Position numbers and translations under genes: made by a program | Shown here: piece after piece, positions 58,469 through 64,000 of the stretch | How the letters are laid out: every line of letters begins with the position of its first letter | Numbering within the stretch: the first letter of the stretch is position 1 | Notes under the pieces: model-generated | What the model was told of the DNA's origin: nothing | Seen by the model: the letters and a program-made list of their open reading frames with translations, nothing else | Database searches by the model: none | DNA from: Candidatus Bathyarchaeia archaeon | GTDB taxonomy: Archaea > Thermoproteota > Bathyarchaeia > TCS64 | DNA length: 64,000 nucleotides | Assembly (NCBI GenBank): GCA_050014495.1 | Contig: JBEKDF010000004.1 | Location: forward strand, 43,939-107,938 | Reading direction: 5' to 3'

Positions 58469-59093
58469 ATTTCCGATAAACACCCACAACCCCGAGGACC
58501 ACCGTCAACGCCGCCAAAGAGACGAGCGCGGGGTCGAGCCGAATCCCCCAGGGAGTGTAATTAAGCACAAGCCCCACGAGTGGCACAACGGCTATGCTCA
58601 ACCCTACACTCAACGCGAACCTCTCGAGCCTCTCAAGCTCATCCCTCTTCGAGTAAAGGGCCTCAATCAGAGTGTAACCCGGCACGTAGAGGATTAAGAT
58701 GGCGCCAGCCACCATCCTAAGATAGTAGAGTGGGTAGACCTGAGGCATCAGGTAGATCGAGTAGAGCAGAAGTGCAATGAACGCCAATACCCCCCAGAAC
58801 CAGCCACTGTAGCTGAATGAGAAGAACCCCACGAAACCCGACGGCGGGGAGGGATCCACGAACCTAACCTTATCCTCCATAATCGCCCTGTAAACCCCAC
58901 GCGACGCCTCCTCCATCGAGACATGCCGCTCAGACGAGATCTTCCCAACCAGCTCACCCACCTCACGCCCCGAGCCGGCGACGACGTCCCCCTCCAGGAG
59001 GTTAGGCTCCTCGACCTCCTCCTCGAGCTCGGGCTCCTCAACCTCATCACCCGAGCCCAGCCTATCCCGAAACTTATCCAAAATAGAAGGCAA
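58428..59093 (-). CDS. DUF1616 domain membrane protein
   Basis: YVPGYTLIEAL...LERFALSVGLSIAVVPLVGLVLNYTPWGIRL. Confidence 0.85.
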   Translation of the reverse strand: MPSILDKFRDRLGSGDEVEEPELEEEVEEPNLLEGDVVAGSGREVGELVGKISSERHVSMEEASRGVYRAIMEDKVRFVDPSPPSGFVGFFSFSYSGWFWGVLAFIALLLYSIYLMPQVYPLYYLRMVAGAILILYVPGYTLIEALYSKRDELERLERFALSVGLSIAVVPLVGLVLNYTPWGIRLDPALVSLAALTVVLGVVGVYRKYGYWRLAQLARRA

Positions 59094-59101
59094 GACTCAA
59101 C

Positions 59102-59587
59102 CTAACCCGTCAAAGTGACGTTTAACCAGAGCTGCGTCCACCGCTCATCATACACGAATCCATGAGAGGCGAGGTCATACTTCCACAGCTCTAAGACGAG
59201 CCTCCTGTTCAAACCCGCGGAATCCATACTCACCCTAATCGGAATGGTGTTGTTTCCCTCGCTCGGTAGAACCGTCTCCCAACTCGCCCTCACCGACGCA
59301 TCCAGTGGAACCACATCACTGACGTTACTATTCTGATCCCCAACCTTCTCCACGACCCGGTAATACTCACATCTCCCCTCGTGGTTACCAACGTAGATGA
59401 AGAGGTCGAAGCCCTGACCAACCGCGACCTCACGTGTATAGTTACCGAGCTTCCCCGTCGGCCCAAGGATCCCTAACTCGGAGAAGGGCTCAACGATCCT
59501 CCCCTCACTAATCACCGGGTAGACCGATATGACCGCTGACGCGAGGAGGATGATCAGCGCCACGGCCTTGAACTCGTCATCAATCAT
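59102..59587 (-). CDS. DUF1616 C-terminal-like extracellular domain protein
   Basis: EPFSELGILGP, VGNHEG, RLVLELW, QLWLNVT. Confidence 0.8.
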   Translation of the reverse strand: MIDDEFKAVALIILLASAVISVYPVISEGRIVEPFSELGILGPTGKLGNYTREVAVGQGFDLFIYVGNHEGRCEYYRVVEKVGDQNSNVSDVVPLDASVRASWETVLPSEGNNTIPIRVSMDSAGLNRRLVLELWKYDLASHGFVYDERWTQLWLNVTLTG

Positions 59588-59596
59588 TGCGCTCGA

Positions 59597-60803
59597 CCGT
59601 TCTCCAAAACTTATCCATCTAGGACATCTCCCGAATGGCGTTTGGTTCCTGATTCACAGAGTCGGCTTGCATCACAGTTGCCTCAGTAGCGGCCAACTCT
59701 CCACAGGCGTTTAACGTCTCCCTGAAACTCAGGGCGACTGCTTCCAGATTCCTAGCAGCGTTCAAATGTCTGCTCATTGTATTTCCACAGTCACAGGTAT
59801 AGATTTCCTGACCAAGTGGAATCTCATTTATCTTCCCGCACTCACAGCACTTCTTCGTGGACGGGAACCACCTGTCAGCAACCACTATTCTCGATCCATA
59901 CCACTTTGCCTTATACTCCAACTGCCTCCTGAACTCCCCGAAACTGGCATCCGATATGGCTTTTGCCAGCTTGTGGTTCCTCACCAAATTCTTCACAGCC
60001 AAATCCTCCACACCAATTACTGACTTGGTTTTCGTCAGCATTGTTGTGGCTTTGTGCTGTGCATCACCACGAATGTCAGCTATCCTATTATGAATTTTTG
60101 CTACTCTCTGCCTCGCCTTGTTCCTGTTGCTGCTTCCTTTCCTCTTCCTCGACAGGCTCATCTGGAGCCTCTTCAGCTTCCTCTCATTCCTTCTGAGTGC
60201 CTTTGGATTGGCAAATTCTGTTTTATCGCTCACCACAGCCAGTGGAGCAATGTTGAGATCGACACCGACCACAGGACCGTTGTTCTCTGGGACTTTGATT
60301 TCCTCCCTCACGAGGACTGACACAAACCATCTTCCTGCCTTCTCAGAAACTGTTGCGGAGAGGATATGTTGATCTATAGGAAGGTAATTTCTTTCCTTTA
60401 ACCTAACGTCACCGATTCTCGGTATCTGGATTCTGTCTGAACTAACCTTTGTATAGGAGAATGTGAATGAACCAGCACCGTTCTTCTTGGATTTGAATGT
60501 CGGATGTCCAGAAACGCCTTTGAAGAACCTCTGGTAGGCGACCTCCAAGTCCCTGAGTGCTTCCTGCGGGCAGCACTTTGAAACTTCCAGCATCCACGGA
60601 AACTCCGTCCTCTTGATGCCGTTCAGTTCTCTCCGCAGGGCAAGGCAGGTGGAAGACTTGCCAGTCTGCTCGAACTGCTCCTGCATCTTGGCAAGACCCC
60701 AGTTGTAGGCGAAGCGTGCCGTGCCAGCGGACTTGAGGAGGAGAGTCCTCTGGACGTTGTTGGAGTCCAACTCTGTCTTATATGCTTTCATCTGCGCGCG
60801 CGA
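59597..60803 (-). mobile_element. Decapitated IS607-like element: tnpB and right end only; left end and tnpA absent
   Basis: The right end reads ...AAGTTTTGGAGAACGG. Removing 59597-60803 restores TGG AGG GTC GAG CGC AAT GAT TGA (WRVERND*), overlapping the next ATG. Confidence 0.7.
59619..60791 (-). CDS. tnpB: RNA-guided endonuclease TnpB, 390 aa, with RuvC-III Asp replaced by His
   Basis: KAYKTELD...ARFAYNWGL, VGVDL, VEDL, FRRQLEYKA, FPSTKKC-x2-CG, SRHLNAARNL. Confidence 0.92.
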   Translation of the reverse strand: MKAYKTELDSNNVQRTLLLKSAGTARFAYNWGLAKMQEQFEQTGKSSTCLALRRELNGIKRTEFPWMLEVSKCCPQEALRDLEVAYQRFFKGVSGHPTFKSKKNGAGSFTFSYTKVSSDRIQIPRIGDVRLKERNYLPIDQHILSATVSEKAGRWFVSVLVREEIKVPENNGPVVGVDLNIAPLAVVSDKTEFANPKALRRNERKLKRLQMSLSRKRKGSSNRNKARQRVAKIHNRIADIRGDAQHKATTMLTKTKSVIGVEDLAVKNLVRNHKLAKAISDASFGEFRRQLEYKAKWYGSRIVVADRWFPSTKKCCECGKINEIPLGQEIYTCDCGNTMSRHLNAARNLEAVALSFRETLNACGELAATEATVMQADSVNQEPNAIREMS

Positions 60804-61182
60804 CCCTCCAACCACTGTGAGTCCTGAGCCACAGCCCCCAGAACCACCGGGAGCCACGGGTATACACGGCCACACCGAGGGCAGCGATGACGATGAGTAC
60901 TCCCGCTACAACTATGAGACGACTCGTAATCCTCAGACTACCCTGGGTTTCAGCGACGGGCGCCTTAGCAAGCACGTCGTCGAGCGTCGACTTGTAGGTC
61001 GCAAGTGAATCGGGGGAAGCCCCAGGTAGCTTACGGGCGATATCATCAAGCTGAGAAACCAAAGCCGTCACATTTCCGCCTGCGACCTCCGCCTTAGCAA
61101 CGGCCTCGTAAGCGGTAGCCAGCTCAGTCCTAACATCGGACTCAGTCAAAGCCGAAACCACCGGAACACTGGAGAGCACCAC
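60778..61182 (-). CDS. Secreted/membrane helical protein of the DUF1616 cluster, with 3' end altered by the IS
   Basis: AYEAVAKAEVAGGNVTALV, C-terminal TM, WRV. The frame with a signal-like stretch is open to about 61224. Confidence 0.75.
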   Translation of the reverse strand: MVLSSVPVVSALTESDVRTELATAYEAVAKAEVAGGNVTALVSQLDDIARKLPGASPDSLATYKSTLDDVLAKAPVAETQGSLRITSRLIVVAGVLIVIAALGVAVYTRGSRWFWGLWLRTHSGWRVARADESI

Positions 61183-61220
61183 GACCAGCAGCAGTACCGC
61201 AATAACCCGAGTACTACTCG

Positions 61221-61589
61221 CTACGACTGATAGATCCTCCAGCCAACCGGCTGATTATAGTCGAGGAACATCAAGTACCTGATGAAACCAAGGTCCCCCG
61301 AAAGCGCCTCAGCGCCACGATAACCCAGGCTAACCGCCTCCCTCTGAACCACACGAACCCTCTCAACCCCATAACGCTCCAGGTGCCGCACAAACCCCGA
61401 CTTACAGGCGTCCCTGAGCTTCGCAATGATCCTCACTAACTGAACATTCAGCACTGTGCTCTTGACGTCGTCTATGATCCTAGCCGAGATCGATAGGATC
61501 CCCCTCTCAAGCCCATCAAGCGCGCTGTACCAGACACGCCTACGAAGCGCCTGCCGCCTGACCCCCGAGAGGAACTCCCCCGTGAACAA
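61221..61589 (-). CDS. Archaeal hypothetical protein
   Basis: ALRRRVWYSALDGLERGIL...A.SLGY...FIRYL. Confidence 0.7.
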   Translation of the reverse strand: MFTGEFLSGVRRQALRRRVWYSALDGLERGILSISARIIDDVKSTVLNVQLVRIIAKLRDACKSGFVRHLERYGVERVRVVQREAVSLGYRGAEALSGDLGFIRYLMFLDYNQPVGWRIYQS

Positions 61590-61927
61590 GTTGAGAAGAA
61601 CCCACCTACACCAATTATTCCTATGTAAGAAACAAAGTACGTTAAATGGCTTTATATCATCTTCTTAACAACGATAAGTATCAATAATAAGAAACAATTG
61701 TTAGTTTAAAATGGGTTCAACATTGAATATGATTAAAAATAAATCAGACATAGCCGAAAAACACACTAGAATCATCTTACTATCTGCCCGCGTTTGATAA
61801 TGCCCTCGAATAGCATAGCCCTCTCATCTATGAGAAGGTCGACAAACATTGAAACTAGAACCGCGCGCGCGTTGGAGACCAACATCTGTTAATAGTTTTA
61901 CCTACCGAGTAATTATTTGGAACTCTC

Positions 61928-62410
61928 ATGTCTGAAGTGGTTCAGCATATTGGGAAGAACGTTAAACTGGGTAAGAACGTCCGAATGTGGCACTTCACCT
62001 ATATCGGCGACAACACTGTCATCGGCGACGACACGAAGATTGGCTCACTGGTCCACATCGACTACAACGTTAAGATTGGGAGTAGGTGCAAGATCGAGGG
62101 CTCGGCCTACATCCCGCCCCTGACGGTGATTGGCGACGACGTGTTCATTGGGCCCGGCGTGATATTCACGAATGACCCCTTCCCGATGTCCCCGAAGATG
62201 GTTGGTGTCACGGTTGGTGATGGGGCCATCATATGCGCTGGCTCGATGCTTAAGGCGGGTGTGAGGGTTGGTGAGAGGGCGGTGGTTGGCTTCGGCTCCG
62301 TCGTGACTCGGGATGTTCCGCCTAGGACGGTTGTGTTTGGGAACCCTGCGAGGGAGAGGTACTCGCTTGAGGAGTATCTGGATAAGAAGTGTAGGTGGGA
62401 GGAATCCTAG
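61928..62410 (+). CDS. Sugar N-acetyltransferase, WbpD/WlbB-like hexapeptide-repeat
   Basis: WHFTYIG, CKIEG, VFIGPGVIFTND, VTRDVP...GNPAR. Confidence 0.9.
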   Translation: MSEVVQHIGKNVKLGKNVRMWHFTYIGDNTVIGDDTKIGSLVHIDYNVKIGSRCKIEGSAYIPPLTVIGDDVFIGPGVIFTNDPFPMSPKMVGVTVGDGAIICAGSMLKAGVRVGERAVVGFGSVVTRDVPPRTVVFGNPARERYSLEEYLDKKCRWEES

Positions 62411-62426
62411 CCGGGATTTCTCTGGC

Positions 62427-63797
62427 TTAACGTTGATTGGCTGTTTTCTTTGGGAGACCTACTCCTCTAAAGCTGAATCCTAACTCGAGGAACTTCTGCT
62501 GGTCGTAGACGTTTCTTCCATCCACGAGGGTCGGTGTCCTCATTCGCTCCTTGAACCAACTGGGGGTCAGTTCGTAGTATTGTTTGTGTCTCGTCACGAG
62601 GATCACGCAGTCCCTCCCTCGGACAGCTTCCTCCAGGTTGTTTGTCAGCTTCATTGCGGGGAATTCTTTGATGTATGGGTCGTGCACGATGACGTCTTGG
62701 CACTTGCCCTTTAGGGAGGTGTAGAGGGGTAGCGTAGGCGTGTTTCTGGTGTCGTCGCTGTCCTCGAGGAAGGCTAACCCGAGTATGGCTATGGAAGCAT
62801 TCGCCATCTCGACTCCTTTCTCGTTGAGCACCTCGAGTGTGAGTGCCTCGATGTGGCTCGGCATACCGTCGTTTACCCTCCTGCTTGCGGTGATTATCTC
62901 GGGGCTTATCTGGGTGGAGCCGTATTCGTCGAGTCCGTATTTGAGGAGCCAGCTGTCCTTGGGTAGGCAGTGGCCGCCGACTCCGGCTCCCGGTACGTGC
63001 ATGTTGCGGTAGGGGTTAGCGGATGGGTTTGAGGAGTCGTTGGGTAGGTTGTTGACGAATCTGCGGACGTCGTGGACGTTGACCCCGAGGGACTCGCAGA
63101 TGAGTGCTATCTCGTTCGCGAATGCTATGTTGACGTCCCTGTAGGCGTTCTCCGTGACCTTGGCGACCTCGGCCGTCAAGGCGTCTGTGGCGTGTAGCTT
63201 CGCCTTGACTATGTTGCGGTATAGTTCTATTCCCCTCTTTGTGCATGCGGGGGTCACTCCGCCGACTATGCGGTCGTACATCGTCAGGTTGTGGAGGAGC
63301 CTTCCAACCATGACTCGTTCGTAGCTGAAGACGAGGTTGAAGTCGACTCCAGCCTTCATTCCCGAGTTGTCCTCAAGCAGGGGCTTGGCGAGGTGGGTGG
63401 TCGTGCCCGGTGCTATGGTTGACTCGAGGCAGACCAGTGAACCGTGTTTCATCCTCTTGCCTGTGTCGGTTAGAACCGTCTTCAGGGAGTCGTACATGGG
63501 GATGTGGTTTTCGTCGACTGGTGTCTGCACCGCTATGAGGATGGCGTCGGCATCCTCGTATGCGGTGGGGTCGTCGGTTACGCTGAATGAGCCTTTTTCG
63601 ACGACTCGCTTCAGGAGCTCGTCTAGGCCTGGTTCGTAGCTGTCGAATGTTGAGATGCCTCGGTTGAGTTGGTCAATTTTCCACCCCGACCTTCGGGATC
63701 TCCTCTGTAGTCCGGTGACTTTGAATCCGGGTACATCTGCGAATAGAGCTGCGACTGGTATGCCGACGTACCCCATGCCGACGACTACGAGATTCAT
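62427..63797 (-). CDS. Nucleotide-sugar dehydrogenase (UDP-GlcNAc/ManNAc 6-dehydrogenase family)
   Basis: GMGYVG, ESTIAPGTT, AKVTENAYRDVNIAFANE, PGAGVGGHCLPKD. Confidence 0.93.
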   Translation of the reverse strand: MNLVVVGMGYVGIPVAALFADVPGFKVTGLQRRSRRSGWKIDQLNRGISTFDSYEPGLDELLKRVVEKGSFSVTDDPTAYEDADAILIAVQTPVDENHIPMYDSLKTVLTDTGKRMKHGSLVCLESTIAPGTTTHLAKPLLEDNSGMKAGVDFNLVFSYERVMVGRLLHNLTMYDRIVGGVTPACTKRGIELYRNIVKAKLHATDALTAEVAKVTENAYRDVNIAFANEIALICESLGVNVHDVRRFVNNLPNDSSNPSANPYRNMHVPGAGVGGHCLPKDSWLLKYGLDEYGSTQISPEIITASRRVNDGMPSHIEALTLEVLNEKGVEMANASIAILGLAFLEDSDDTRNTPTLPLYTSLKGKCQDVIVHDPYIKEFPAMKLTNNLEEAVRGRDCVILVTRHKQYYELTPSWFKERMRTPTLVDGRNVYDQQKFLELGFSFRGVGLPKKTANQR

Positions 63798-64000
63798 GTA
63801 TCAGCTACCTAGATTCAACTGTGATATTAAATTTAACTCACACACTGCGCGGGGTTTGGGGCTATAGCCTTATCCCCCAAACCCAAACCTTCCAGTGACG
63901 CGCAGGCACAAGTTGTAAATATGTCATATCGTCTGGGTAGAAATCGGAGACGAAAAGTTTGTTTATATATTTTGCTCGATGGCGTGTCCCTAAAGCGAAC

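Larger units (their letters stand above)
8115..61871. repeat. Dispersed perfect alternating (GC)n/(CG)n tracts of 8-12 bp (19 counted)
   Basis: 8115-8122, 10577-10584, 16268-16277, 16418-16427, 16707-16715, 16738-16745, 17874-17883, 20483-20491, 20861-20868, 22409-22417, 28628-28635, 37748-37755, 38569-38576, 45981-45990, 47477-47486, 48131-48140, 56301-56312, 60794-60802, 61862-61871. Confidence 0.9.

Noticed and set aside
60792..60875. 28-aa N-terminal extension of TnpB in the ORF track (MWPCIPVAPGG...)
   Set aside because: It is an alternative frame of the upstream host gene read through the GC scar; TnpB similarity starts at MKAYKTEL.
8115..61871. (GC)n tracts as a MITE/REP family
   Set aside because: No shared flanking sequence, terminal inverted repeats or target duplications beyond the short alternating run.
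1..64000. tRNA, rRNA, integrase or att sites
   Set aside because: None recognised by eye; a tRNAscan/Infernal run would be needed to exclude them fully.

Overview
This is a 64-kb archaeal chromosome segment. The alba-nusA-like-aspS-pth2 cluster, geranylgeranyl reductase, archaeal-type Asn synthetase and DUF1616 surface cluster suggest a TACK archaeon, probably Bathyarchaeia; this is inferred from gene content, not from a search. A short housekeeping core (about 1.4-8 kb) is followed by a long accessory region of redox enzymes, transporters, secreted Ig/InlB-repeat proteins and many gene remnants. At about 46.9-53.2 kb lies an island that looks like a relic mobile element (DUF3800 plus a downstream hairpin, a wHTH gene, coiled-coil genes and a polarised GTCC/GGAC array). 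A glycosylation/surface cluster is interrupted by a decapitated IS607-like tnpB whose RuvC-III Asp is replaced by His. The main unexplained signal is about 19 perfect alternating (GC)n/(CG)n tracts of 8-12 bp, plus many degenerate alternating purine-pyrimidine tracts. I found none of the 8-12 bp tracts inside an intact gene body, and several sit exactly on gene-truncation or deletion junctions (16.4, 17.9, 47.5, 56.3 and 60.8 kb; a shorter one at 9.3 kb). They look like scars of an undescribed DNA break-joining or deletion process. All family assignments come from motifs recognised by eye, and counts are manual.
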